Assembly (NCBI GenBank): GCA_002104945.1
Contig: MCFH01000048.1
Span: forward strand, 186,001 to 250,000
Length of the DNA: 64,000 nt
From: Piromyces finnis finn
Taxonomy: Eukaryota; Fungi; Neocallimastigomycota
Direction of reading: 5' to 3'
The notes under the pieces are model-generated. The model had not been told where the DNA came from, ran no database searches, and was given only the letters and a program-made list of their open reading frames with translations. A program made the translations under genes and the position numbers. Of the stretch, positions 1 through 12,460 are shown piece after piece (position 1 is the stretch's first letter; each line of letters opens with the position of its first letter).

Positions 1-334
1 TCAAATGACCAGTTAGGACCGCGATTGTACCAAAATATAGCTTTTCCTTTAAGCTTTCCAACAAATTTAGTTTCACAGCAGTAGTATTTACAGCCGTAAC
101 GCTCGTTTTTGGCGAGTTACGCCTTGTTTCGTGTTTGTTTATTTTTGGTTAAGGGTTATAGTGTATTGATATTAAATTTTTTGAAATCATAACCCTTTCA
201 CTGAATCAAAATTTAAAAGGTGACTTTTAAAGGTGTTTTAAAATAATCATTGAAATTATTTAATTATAATTATTATGTTTAATTAATTATAGATATTATC
301 TGGATTTGTTTTAAATCCAGTTAATATCTTCACA
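1..334 (-). mobile_element. Partial LTR, diverged relative of the family-T (chromovirus) LTR, truncated by the window edge
   Basis: Aligns by eye, with substitutions, to 53720-54055 and 60130-60463. Ends ...AATATCTTCACA, the TGTGAAG terminus on the minus strand. Confidence 0.85.
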
Positions 335-389
335 TAACTAGTGTGCTTACCACACTTTTCTTTAATAAAAAATCGCTTTTTTGACAAAA

Positions 390-1252
<863 letters not shown>

Positions 1253-1996
1253 AATGATACAATATTTTCATAAAGTACCACAAAATAATTTATTTATTTT
1301 AGGACAAAGCAAATAGGGAATTATAAAATAATATATTCTAATAAAAGAAGTTAATAATAACAATTTCAATACTTTTAATAAATAAAATAGAAAGAAAGAA
1401 ACATGTAATTTATATAATATTTTTGTTATATCTTCAATCTTTATTTATAATTAATGAATGAAAGGTTTTTACAATTAAAAGAATAAGAATAATTTATATT
1501 TAATAACAAATAATATAACCTAATAGAATTATTTAACTCCTTTAAATAATTCTCTTCCAAAATATTCTTCTTCACTAATTATTCCCTCCTTTTTTTTTTT
1601 CTTTGTTCTTTTTATACTATTTTTATATCATTTTTCCTATAACTCCGCTATATTATTAGAATTATTATTACTATTATTGACTATGTACATTAATGTACAT
1701 TAATAATTTATTCTACAATATTATATTATTACTATTTTCTAACCTAAATTACTTTTTACCTAGAATTTATGCTAATTTCTTATTTTTATAGAGGTAACGT
1801 ATCAAAACGCCCTCACTTAGTCTAGACTTCGTCCCTTGAAGTCTTAAACTTACCGTTTACATTTTAAATAAATTACTAATAGTTGTATTGATATTACCTA
1901 GATTATAATTATTAATTTTTGTTATAAAATAATGTCCTAATAAATGAAAAAAAATTTATATTTTTTTTTTATTTTTATTATTTAAATCTAAAATAT

Positions 1997-2049
<53 letters not shown>

Positions 2050-2854
2050 GTAAGTTTAAAAAATTCTGTTTTTTTTTTTTTATATGCTTTATATATATAA
2101 AGAATGTGAAATTAAATGTTACGTTTTTATCTAGTCTTCACATATATATGTATTTTTCTTGTCTTAGTTAATGAATAAACATAATTAATTATTAATTTAT
2201 ATATTATTTATATTATTATCTTTATTATTTTATTATCATATATATATCATTATTATTATATTTATAAATTAGAATTTGCTAGATGAATTTCACAATTTAC
2301 ATTTCTATATTTTCTAATTGGAAATTTGATGATTTCATTTTGATTTATAATACATATTATATTTTATTCTACATATATCCGTTGTTTATATATATATATT
2401 AGTACTATTTAATTCTCTCATTATTTCTACTTTATGTATGTATATTCATATGCTCCTTTTATATGTTCATATAGAAATTCTACTTAAATTATATTATAAC
2501 TATTATTATTATTATTATTATTCATTTACTATATTCATTTATTTGAATCCATATCTATTATCATATTCTGATTTTTATAGATGATATATAAATAATCCTA
2601 TATTATTATAATTTAATTATTTTATTTTTTTATACTTCCTATATCTATATATTATATATAATGAGGATATATATTATTTAATTATATTGTGTTTCTATAC
2701 TCTTAGGTTACTCATAATTGAATTATTTTATCCTATACACTTCATATATGTAGATGATTGTAACTAATTTAATTTATCTTATTATTAAGGATATGAATGG
2801 ATGTGTATATGTATGTATAAACTTATTAATTATTATTATTATTATTATTATGTA

Positions 2855-2909
<55 letters not shown>

Positions 2910-2912
2910 GTA

Positions 2913-2954
<42 letters not shown>

Positions 2955-2957
2955 GTA

Positions 2958-2991
<34 letters not shown>

Positions 2992-3011
2992 TATCAGCTC
3001 CACCTGTACAT

Positions 3012-6000
3012 TTATTCATTGTCTAAGTTAATCTCGGTGATATAGGGAATAACATTCTTTAAATGAATGTTTCTTTCTGCTATCTCACCTGTAACAGGAT
3101 CACATACCGTTACCGTATTCAACTCTTTCTTAACAACACGTAATGGTCCGGTAAAGTATGGGTCTAACTTTCTCCTATTGAATAACTTTATTAAGACTAA
3201 ATCCCCAGGTTTGTAATTACTTTTCATTCTTTTAATTTGTTTTCGGCGATCTTCCCATAATTTATTCGCTGTTTCTATATTATTTATGGCTTCGCGAATC
3301 CATTTATCATGTGTGATAAACTTACGTAGCCAATATTCCTCATCTGATTCTTGTTCATTTCGTTTTTCTATATTGATTGATAATTCAAAAGGTTGTAAGT
3401 CTCTTCGACCATAGAGTAGTTCAAAACTACTATATTTAGTTACTTCATTCTTGCATGTCCTTAAAGCCCAAAGAGCACTATAAAGTGTTTCATCCCAGTC
3501 GTCCGTATTTTCTCCTAAAAGACGTAAATATTTCCCGATCTCTCTGTTTCTATTTTCTACTTCACCGTTAGAAGCTGGGTGATAAGTAGTAATGTATTGC
3601 ACATAAACATCATGAAGATCCAGAAAAGCCTTTGTTTTGTCCGATGTAAATTGAGGTCCATTATCCGTCACTAGAATTTCCGGAACTCCATGTCTAGCAA
3701 ATACTCTTTTTAAGAAGTTTATTACATCCTCTGACTCTGAAGTGGCTAATGGTTCAGCTTCTACCCACTTTGTTAAATAGTCTACTAATACAATTATATA
3801 TTTATTATTATTTTTTGTTCTAGGAAGAGGCCCGATCAAGTCTAAACCAACTCTGGAAAAAGGATATCCAGGAGGAGTAGCTATATCTTCTGAGTTTTTA
3901 TTTAATGATTGTGGTCGACGTGTTTGACAACGGTAACAACATTTAATATAATTTACTACGTCTTCTTTCATATGCGTCCAATAATAATCTCTTTTTAACC
4001 TGTTATAGGTTTTGAAAGTACCTTCGTGACCAATACTATGTGCCATTTCTATCAACTGAACTTGGGTCTCTATATCCTCAATGATTTTTCTGAGCTTCTC
4101 TCCTTGCTTGTAATATTTAATACCATCAATATTAATTATTCTTTTATTGATATATTCCTCCATAAAATTATTAATATTTTGATTATTAATTCTATTATTA
4201 TTACATATAATATTAACCACTTCATTACAATCCAAATTATCTTCTGTATGTTCCTGCGATTTTGTCTTTAATCTAGATAAAGCATCCGCAATGACATTTC
4301 TCTTCCCCTCTTCAAATCGAACTTCCACGTTAAGAATAGACAGTTCCGTAACCCACTTAAGGTGACGACTATTAGTAGGTTCTCTATTCCCGAAGATACC
4401 AACAAGAGGCTTATGATCCGTAATTACCGTAGTAACCATTGAGTTTCCAGTAATAAAGGGTTTAAATTTCTTGACACAATGAACGACAGCTTTTCCCTCT
4501 AAGTCCGTGATACTGTAGTTATTTTCCGACGAAGATAAAGACCTACTCTCAAAATAGATTGGAACTTCAGTCTTATCATCCATACTTTGTAATAAGACAC
4601 CCCCTAACCCATCTCTGGAAGCATCCGTCCTAATTATAAATGGCTTGGAATAATCAGGAGCAGATAAAATAGGCGCTGAGATTAATCTACCTTTGAGATC
4701 TTCAAATGCCGAGTTACATTCCTCAGTCCAAACAAAAGGAACGTCCTTCTTCAAAAGGTTGAATAAAGGTTTTGCTATTTGAGCAAAGTTCTTAATAAAT
4801 TTCCGATAGTAACCTATGGCTCCCAGGAAAGATTTAACTTGGGTTACATTCTTTGGTGGTATCCAGTTAGAGATCACACTAATTTTATTAGGAATTGGAG
4901 AAATACCATTTATTGTAAGTATATGACCTAATAATTCTACCTCAGTTTTAAAAAATGAACACTTCTCAATATTAATTCTTAAATTGTTATCTTTTAATAT
5001 TTTAAATATTTTGGATAAATCTTCAACATGGGATTCCAACGATTCAGAAAATACAATAAGATCATCAATATAGATAAACATGCAAGTGCCAATTAAATCA
5101 AAAAAAATCCTGTTCATTTCCCTTTGAAATGTAGCAGGGGCATTGCATAATCCAAAGGGCATCACCCTAAAATTGTAATTACCAAACATGGTAGTAAAAG
5201 CTGTTTTTTCTCTGTCATTTGGATGCATGGGGATTTGGTGATATCCCGAAAAAAGATCTAATGTAGTAAGTATTTTAGAGTTTCTATTAATAAAATAAAA
5301 AATATCATCAATTAATGGTAATGCGTATGAGTCTTTAATGGTAACATTATTTAAACGGCGATAGTCTACACACATGCGCCATTTGTTATTCTTTTTAGGA
5401 ACTAACACCACCGGCGATGACCAAGTAGAACTAGACGGTTCTATAAGCTTATTATTAATAAGCTTAGTTAATTCACTCTTCAAGGCTTCCGTTTGAGATT
5501 TTGATAATCTATAAGCCCGCTGTTTGATAGGAAGGACATCCGGCTTCAATTCAATTTTATGTGGTAGCAATAGAGATTGACCTAAATCATCAGTACTGGT
5601 AGCAATAACACTTTCAAATTTTGTAAACAAATCAAAAACTAAATTTTTATATTCTTCTGGTATAGTATTTATAATTTCATTAATATAATTCCTTTTCATA
5701 ACGAATGTATTGTGTGCTTTATCATTATCATTACTAACAGTCATAGTTAACAAGATAGGGTTCGAATCTTCAACACGTTGATCCATATTCTGAGTAACTA
5801 CTGCAGGTTTAATATCGTATAATAAATCAGCCAATTTAAGGTAATTATTATTGTTATCAACATAAAATAATGAGTCTGTTACTAAATTTATATCAAATCT
5901 ATTTCTTTTCAATGAATCAACACCAATTAAAATATCGAATAAATCATCCTTATCAATAACCCTAAAGAAATCAGTGAAAGTTTTGTTTCCAATAGATATT

Positions 6001-7346
6001 TCCAACTCATAAATATCCGTATCAGTAGTTGAATTAGAATAAGCTTGGAAAATGGTTTCTGAAATCCTTCCGATAGCAGGTTTGTTAATATTATATTTGT
6101 TTAAAGCTGAGCGTGTAATTATATTTACGCTAGCACAAGTATCCAGAAAAATTTCACAATTAATATTTTCTACTTTACCATGAACTTTAATTATTTTATT
6201 TCTACTAATTACAGTCATTACATTGGTAATGGTCTGTTTAGGTGTTAATTTAAGAGCTTTTAGAAATTCCGTCCTAAACTTAGGGAATAGATCAAGAAGA
6301 TAGGCTAATTTAGTCATAACCTCGGTAGATGCCACCTCTTTGACTAAATCCTGAATATAATATTTTTCAAAGTCTTCCATAAGATTTATATGCCGCTCTT
6401 TAGATGTATTCTGTTCAGTAGATTTCTCTTGTTCTTTAGGTTCAGAATTTATCTTCTTATTAATTTTCTCATTTATTTCTTTTAATTTTTCTCTTTTATT
6501 TTGTTTCTTAATATTACTTATATTCTTTTCAGTAATAAAAGATGGAATTAGGTAATTTAATTTTTCTGTTTTATTCTTTTTCTTATTATTCTTTAATATT
6601 TTTGTACCACTATTTAATGTAACATCTTCCTTATCGTGATCCTTTTCATTAGGTACATTCAACTCCAATGATTCAGCTGTAGATTCCATATCTTCTTCCA
6701 TAAACATTTCTTCATCTCTAGAATCATTCTCAGGTAGTAAGTCTTCATCATTTTTATTACTTTTATCTTCTTGAATATTTATTTTATTAAATTTATCATT
6801 ATCAGTGATATTGGAACTACCCATGTTATCACTAGTTATTTGTTCATTTTTACTTGCATTAGGAAACCTCAACTCAGGTAACTTGTTATTGTGTAACATG
6901 GCATCTGTTAGAATGGGCTTTGGATTATCCTTTAACTTTGGTTTGTGAGTGGCATCGATATAAGGTAGATTCTTATTTTTATTCTTTTCTTTTCCTTCAC
7001 GTACAGCTACCATTAAATTAGAGGGATTACCATTCTCATAATTTATATTATAGGAAATTTTATCATTTATTGAATTAAACTCTGGTATGTACACATCATT
7101 ATTATTGTTTAATAAAGAATCATCCACGTTGAAATTATTATTATTATTGATATTATTACTATTATTATCATTATTATTATTATAATTTCTATTAGTGTTC
7201 ACATTATTATAAATGTTATTATCATTGTTATTAGTAACAATGGTCATTAAGTTATTATTATTATTATTATGATTTATATTTCGTTTATTATCATTTAAAT
7301 TGGTTTGATTAATGGAAGTTGTCCTTCTTCCACTAATTAGTTTAAA
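3012..7346 (-). CDS. pol: Pol polyprotein of element 1 (PR DTCA, RT YIDD, RNase H, integrase HHCC/DDE, GPY/F), entered by -1 frameshift
   Basis: 1411-aa ORF 7247-3012. The frame stays open upstream to the slippery site TTTAAAC at 7346-7340. Confidence 0.95.
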   Translation of the reverse strand, partial: FKLISGRRTTSINQTNLNDNKRNINHNNNNNNLMTIVTNNNDNNIYNNVNTNRNYNNNNDNNSNNINNNNNFNVDDSLLNNNNDVYIPEFNSINDKISYNINYENGNPSNLMVAVREGKEKNKNKNLPYIDATHKPKLKDNPKPILTDAMLHNNKLPELRFPNASKNEQITSDNMGSSNITDNDKFNKINIQEDKSNKNDEDLLPENDSRDEEMFMEEDMESTAESLELNVPNEKDHDKEDVTLNSGTKILKNNKKKNKTEKLNYLIPSFITEKNISNIKKQNKREKLKEINEKINKKINSEPKEQEKSTEQNTSKERHINLMEDFEKYYIQDLVKEVASTEVMTKLAYLLDLFPKFRTEFLKALKLTPKQTITNVMTVISRNKIIKVHGKVENINCEIFLDTCASVNIITRSALNKYNINKPAIGRISETIFQAYSNSTTDTDIYELEISIGNKTFTDFFRVIDKDDLFDILIGVDSLKRNRFDINLVTDSLFYVDNNNNYLKLADLLYDIKPAVVTQNMDQRVEDSNPILLTMTVSNDNDKAHNTFVMKRNYINEIINTIPEEYKNLVFDLFTKFESVIATSTDDLGQSLLLPHKIELKPDVLPIKQRAYRLSKSQTEALKSELTKLINNKLIEPSSSTWSSPVVLVPKKNNKWRMCVDYRRLNNVTIKDSYALPLIDDIFYFINRNSKILTTLDLFSGYHQIPMHPNDREKTAFTTMFGNYNFRVMPFGLCNAPATFQREMNRIFFDLIGTCMFIYIDDLIVFSESLESHVEDLSKIFKILKDNNLRINIEKCSFFKTEVELLGHILTINGISPIPNKISVISNWIPPKNVTQVKSFLGAIGYYRKFIKNFAQIAKPLFNLLKKDVPFVWTEECNSAFEDLKGRLISAPILSAPDYSKPFIIRTDASRDGLGGVLLQSMDDKTEVPIYFESRSLSSSENNYSITDLEGKAVVHCVKKFKPFITGNSMVTTVITDHKPLVGIFGNREPTNSRHLKWVTELSILNVEVRFEEGKRNVIADALSRLKTKSQEHTEDNLDCNEVVNIICNNNRINNQNINNFMEEYINKRIINIDGIKYYKQGEKLRKIIEDIETQVQLIEMAHSIGHEGTFKTYNRLKRDYYWTHMKEDVVNYIKCCYRCQTRRPQSLNKNSEDIATPPGYPFSRVGLDLIGPLPRTKNNNKYIIVLVDYLTKWVEAEPLATSESEDVINFLKRVFARHGVPEILVTDNGPQFTSDKTKAFLDLHDVYVQYITTYHPASNGEVENRNREIGKYLRLLGENTDDWDETLYSALWALRTCKNEVTKYSSFELLYGRRDLQPFELSINIEKRNEQESDEEYWLRKFITHDKWIREAINNIETANKLWEDRRKQIKRMKSNYKPGDLVLIKLFNRRKLDPYFTGPLRVVKKELNTVTVCDPVTGEIAERNIHLKNVIPYITEINLDNE

Positions 7347-8451
7347 GGCTTCTTTAACATTCCTTTCTTTTCCATTTCAAATAATTGTTCATAACTGTAA
7401 GGGCAATTGTGAGACTTATGACCTAATTGATTGCACTTAAAACAAATTATATCTTTGTTTCCTTTAGTGAAAGAATTATTATTATTGTGGGTATTATTGG
7501 GTTGGTTATTTCCATTTTGATAATTGTTGAATTTGTGGCTATTTTTGTTATTGAAGTTTGAGTTTCCTATTTGATTATTATTGGTATATGGATTAGTTGA
7601 ATTATTATATGATGAATTATTTCCAATCATCATAACATTGGATTGTCCATATCTAGTATTGTGAATTAGATTATTATTTTTTTTATAATAATTATTTCCA
7701 CCATTATTTCCATATCTTTTATAATTATAACCATAATTTTTTGATTTGAAGTATTATAAGGGTTTGGATTATAACTCATTGAATTACCACCAGTATATGT
7801 TTGGGCTACCTGAAAGTTTCCATAAATCGGATGATTAAATAACGGGTTATTATAATTATTAATAGAGGATTGTGTGAACATTACATTATGACCTGAATTC
7901 ATATTTACTTGCATCGTTCCATTCATTATTTCTTTTTCAGTTTCTTCAGCAATTTCAGCCACTTTAAAAGCATCTTCCAAAGTTTGACATTGGGCTGTCA
8001 TAACTCTTGAGCAAGGAAAAACTCGAGTATTAATTGAGTTAGTGTAATCTTTAACAACAATTAATTTTTTATAATCTTCATTCAAGTTTTCATATAACTT
8101 CATATATTTAAAATTAAACTTTTTAATGGTTTCTTCATTATTAATTCTTAAGGTTTTTAATATAGAACATTTATCTGAATCAGTTATTTTTAAGTGTTTC
8201 TCAATAGCCTTTTTTATTTCATTTAAAGTTGGATATGTTAATGTTCCATTATTATCTTCTTTAACTAAAGTATCCAACATTCCCTGAATATCTTCTTCAA
8301 CAGCTTCCTTAGACCAAGTAAATATTCTCCTTGGTTCCACAATATCATGAAGATTCATGATTCTTTTAAAATCAGAGATCCAGCTTTCAACATCTCTCCC
8401 ATAATTTATAAGAAGAGGTAAAGCTCTCTGTAATTTGATAGCGTCAAACAT
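7337..8451 (-). CDS. gag: Gag of element 1 with CCHC zinc knuckle, split by a 1-bp frameshift in an A-run near 7740
   Basis: ORFs 8451-7666 and 7633-7337 (CFKCNQLGHKSHNC). One extra A in CAAAAAATTAT would join them. Confidence 0.85.
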
Positions 8452-8502
8452 ACTTGAAGAAAAAAAACAAATTTCAAATATATGCTTATTTAAATTTTCT
8501 TT

Positions 8503-8539
<37 letters not shown>

Positions 8540-8802
8540 TTATTGTTATAAATATATATGTATGTGTATTATTTTTTTATATAATAAAAAGTAATTAAAT
8601 AAAAAAAAATTATAATTATTTATAATGAGATTACTTAAGAAATTTTTTTTTTTTTTTTTTTTTTTATAAAGTAAGTGTTAAAATATATATATAAAGATAA
8701 TTAAACTTATAAAATTAATATTAATATTTAAATTAAATAAAGTATTACGAAACTATTATAATTCTTTTTCTTTATTATTTTCATATTATTTTATTTTGCT
8801 TC

Positions 8803-8819
8803 GCCCGGATTCTCCACCA
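8803..8819 (-). promoter_or_regulatory. Primer-binding site of element 1, complementary to a tRNA-Ala-type 3' end
   Basis: TGGTGGAGAATCCGGGC, 6 nt after the 5' LTR. Its complement GCCCGGATTCTCCACCA resembles eukaryotic tRNA-Ala 3' ends. Confidence 0.75.
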
Positions 8820-9380
8820 AAATTATGATACAATATTTTCATAAAGTACCACAAAATAATTTATTTATTTTAGGACAAAGCAAATAGAGAATTATAAAAT
8901 AATATATTCTAATAAAAGAAGTTAATAATAACAATTTCAATACTTTTAATAAATAAAATAGAAAGAAAGAAACATGTAATTTATATAATATTTTTGTTAT
9001 ATCTTCAATCTTTATTTATAATTAATGAATGAAAGGTTTTTACAATTAAAAGAATAAGAATAATTTATATTTAATAACAAATAATATAACCTAATAGAAT
9101 TATTTAACTCCTTTAAATAATTCTCTTCCAAAATATTCTTCTTCACTAATTATTCCCTCCTTTTTTTTTTTCTTTGTTCTTTTTATACTATTTTTATATC
9201 ATTTTTCCTATAACTCCGCTATATTATTAGAATTATTATTACTATTATTGACTATGTACATTAATGTACATTAATAATTTATTCTACAATATTATATTAT
9301 TACTATTTTCTAACCTAAATTACTTTTTACCTAGAATTTATGCTAATTTCTTATTTTTATAGAGGTAACGTATCAACACA

Positions 9381-10162
9381 TGATATAATTTGATAATAAT
9401 CTTAATTTTGAATTTTACTTCAAAAAGTGATTATTATATTATATCTTGAGTTATAACTATATAAGTTATATGGATTAGAATTTAAAATTGTTTTTATAAA
9501 GATTAATAAAATTGTTTTATTAAAAACACTAAATTGTTTTATTAGAAACACTCGTTTTTCTAATATTTAAATATTTAAAATTTTATTTAATTAATTATAA
9601 AAGTGATTATTAAAATTATAATATTTCTTTATTAATAATAATAATAATGATTAAAATAAGAATATTTACATGTATTTATATTTTCTTTTAGATTTAAACT
9701 ATTTACATTAAAACAATAAAATTAATAACTATTTACAATAAAAGTAATTAGAAATAACAATAAAAGAAATAATTAAAAGTTAAAGAATATAAAAAGTTGT
9801 TTATTTTACAATTAATTAAAGTAATAATTATTTTTAATGTTTTAATAAAGGTGTTTAATTATATTATTTTATAACATGAATTATTATATTTGTTTACTTT
9901 TAAAGTGTAATTTACTAACGAAGTTATTAAATATTTAATTTAATAATTAATTTAACAAAAGTTATATATTTTGATCTCGATTAATTAAAGTTTATTATTT
10001 TCTTTCAATAATTAGAATATATGCAGTGTTTAGGATTAATTTTATTTTAGAATTTTGGTAAAGTAATTAATTAAACTATAACTTATTTAAAGTTACTTTT
10101 AGGGTTAATTTGAAAATCAGGTTTAATAATAATTTTATATTTATTAATTTCATTATTTATCA
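9381..10162 (-). mobile_element. Family-C solo LTR (TGATA...TATCA)
   Basis: Reverse complement matches 63855-64000 and 40918-40969. A 4-bp TSD CACA appears once the nested family-B LTR is removed. Confidence 0.8.
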
Positions 10163-10165
10163 CAC

Positions 10166-10875
10166 TGTTACGGTTCGAGGAATTTACTTTTATTTATAAA
10201 ATATTAATAAATTTATTAATACTCAAAAATAATATTAAAATGAAATAAGAAAAATTGTTTTATTAATAAAATTGTTTTATTAAGATATTAATATAAAATT
10301 ATAAAATAAAATAAAAATAAAAATAAAAATATCTGTATATTCTCTAATTCTTATAATATACACCTTTTTATACTTTTTGTAAAAAATTAAGTAGTGTTAA
10401 TTAAAAGAATTAGTCTTTAATTATTTACATAATTTTAGTATTTAAATTACTTTTAAATGAATAATAAAATTACATTACTATTATAATAAATATTTATACA
10501 TATTATTAAATTGATTAACATACATTAAAAGTTTACTTTAAATATATTTAACTAAAAAATTTTACTATTTTACAGAAATATTATTCATAATTTTAATTAA
10601 TAAAAATTCATTAACTTGATAAATTAAACTAAAAGTTCAATAAACTATAATTTTCAATATATTATTATTACTAAATTAATTTTTAAGTTTAATAAAATAA
10701 AATTTAAGTTCAATAAAAAATAATTATTAATAATTTTAAATATAATTTAAGTGTATACATTAATTTACAAATAAGAATATTGTAAAGTTTTCATACATTT
10801 AGGAACAATAATGAATGGATTAGGTCATAATCATTAATTATGACAAGAATAACATTATTTGTTGGTTCCTTAACA
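10166..10875 (-). mobile_element. Family-B solo LTR
   Basis: Reverse complement of the element 2 LTR (43130-43835). TSD ACAC at 10162-10165 and 10876-10879. Confidence 0.95.
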
Positions 10876-10891
10876 ACACAAAGTAGGAGTA

Positions 10892-10973
10892 GTCACTTTG
10901 GCGGAGTGGTTAACGCGGTGGCCTGCTAAGCCATTTCCCTTTGGGAGCGCAGGTTCGAGTCCTGCAGGTGACG
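10892..10973 (+). tRNA. tRNA-Ser(GCT)
   Basis: GTCAC...GTGAC-G acceptor, anticodon loop CT-GCT-AA, long variable arm, GGTTCGAGTCC T-loop. Confidence 0.97.
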
Positions 10974-10982
10974 AAATTATAT

Positions 10983-11055
10983 GCGAAGTTGGCGCAGTCG
11001 GCAGCGCGTAAGTCTCATAATCTTAAGGTCGTGAGTTCGAACCTCACACTTCGCA
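10983..11055 (+). tRNA. tRNA-Met(CAT), elongator type
   Basis: GCGAAGT...ACTTCGC-A acceptor, CT-CAT-AA loop, TTCGA T-loop rather than the initiator ATCGA. Confidence 0.95.
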
Positions 11056-11059
11056 TATA

Positions 11060-11064
11060 TTTTT
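11060..11064 (+). terminator. Pol III terminator (T5) after the Ser-Met pair
   Basis: First run of 4 or more T after the Ser gene; none in the 9-nt spacer. Confidence 0.7.
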
Positions 11065-11635
11065 GAAATTAAACTGTATTTTTTTTATTTCTTCTTTTCT
11101 TTACTTCTCTCTTCCTTTTATTCCGTATTTTATCAGTAGATTTATATATAGGTGAAATAAAATTCAATAAATAATAATAATAATTAATTATTCTTTTTAT
11201 TTTATTTTATTTTATTCTTTTCTATTCCTTTTACAAAAACTAAGTCTAGGACACCTTATAAATATATAAGTGAAAGTAATGAAATGAATTGCAAGCAAAT
11301 ATAAACTATATCGTTTATATCATAAAAACTACTAAAGCTGTTAATATTATTTTCCAGAATTATTGTTTCATATTGCCAGAATAATCAAGGAATTTAATAT
11401 TAATTGATTGAATAGCATATTAATTGTAAGTATTAATATTAAAAATTTTTCTTCCATTATTTTTCTATAAAAAGAATAAAATAAAATAAAATAAAAAGAA
11501 TATTAATTATTATTATTATTTATTGAATTTTATTTCACCTATATATAAATCTACTGATAAAATACGGAATAAAAGGAAGAGAGAAGTAAAGAAAAGAAGA
11601 AATAAAAAAAAATACAGTTTAATTTCAAAAATATA

Positions 11636-11708
11636 TGCGAAGTGTGAGGTTCGAACTCACGACCTTAAGATTATGAGACTTACGCGCTGCCGACTGCGCC
11701 AACTTCGC
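11636..11708 (-). tRNA. tRNA-Met(CAT), elongator type
   Basis: Reverse complement of 10983-11055. Confidence 0.95.
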
Positions 11709-11717
11709 ATATAATTT

Positions 11718-11799
11718 CGTCACCTGCAGGACTCGAACCTGCGCTCCCAAAGGGAAATGGCTTAGCAGGCCACCGCGTTAACCACTCCGCCAAAGTGAC
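11718..11799 (-). tRNA. tRNA-Ser(GCT)
   Basis: Reverse complement of 10892-10973. Confidence 0.97.
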
Positions 11800-11814
11800 T
11801 ACTCCTACTTTTTG

Positions 11815-12406
11815 TGATATAAATTGGAATTAATAAATATGAAATTATAATATTGATATAAACTAACCCTCAAAACAATTTAAAAATAAATAATAAATAA
11901 TAATAATATTTAAATGTTTAATTAAAAGTATAAAAATTATTTATTAAAACTCAGTTTAAATTATATTTTTGTTATAAAATAAACATAGTATAAATAACAT
12001 TTTAAATAGTAAAATAGTGTTATATTAATTAAATTAATTACTTTAAAATAAATTGTTTCTTTTATTTATTATTCATTATTATTTTAAAACATATTAATAT
12101 TTTATTTTAAAAAGTTAAAACAGAAAGAAAATTATAAATACATGTAATTATTTCCTAATTTAAAAATGAATCAATACTTTTAATAAATGTATTAAATAAA
12201 GAGTTGATTCAAAAATATATTTTAAAATTGTGTTTTTAAAACATAACTTTTATATTTTGTTAATAATCGTTATGTCGAATTAAAATATTTCAAATAACTT
12301 TATAATAAAAATTTATTTTAAATCTTTTTTTTATATAAATTGATAAGAATATTATCACTTTTATAATTATTTAATTATAAATTAAGATAATATTAAACAC
12401 TTATCA
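11815..12406. mobile_element. Family-G solo LTR-like element (TGATA...TATCA)
   Basis: TG..CA ends with 5-bp IR. TSD TTTG at 11811-11814 and 12407-12410. Start resembles family C. Confidence 0.75.
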
Positions 12407-12460
12407 TTTGTGATAAATAATTAAATTTATAAATTATGAATTTATAATAATAATAATAAT

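Larger units (their letters stand above)
1255..9375 (-). mobile_element. Full-length Ty3/gypsy LTR retrotransposon, element 1 (no chromodomain)
   Basis: 550-bp LTRs at 1255-1804 and 8826-9375 (TGATAC...GTATCA, one mismatch seen). Has a PBS, gag and PR-RT-RH-IN pol, and a purine-rich tract at 1805-1818. No matching TSD (TTAAA vs ACACA). Confidence 0.97.
10880..11812. repeat. Inverted repeat with ~340-bp arms (10880-11222 / 11469-11812) and ~245-bp spacer; each arm carries a Ser-Met tRNA pair
   Basis: Arms are near-perfect reverse complements, including the 3' flanking sequence. Confidence 0.95.

Noticed and set aside
2754-3031. Poly-Tyr and poly-Leu ORFs
   Set aside because: (TAT)n low-complexity DNA in the 3' UTR of element 1.
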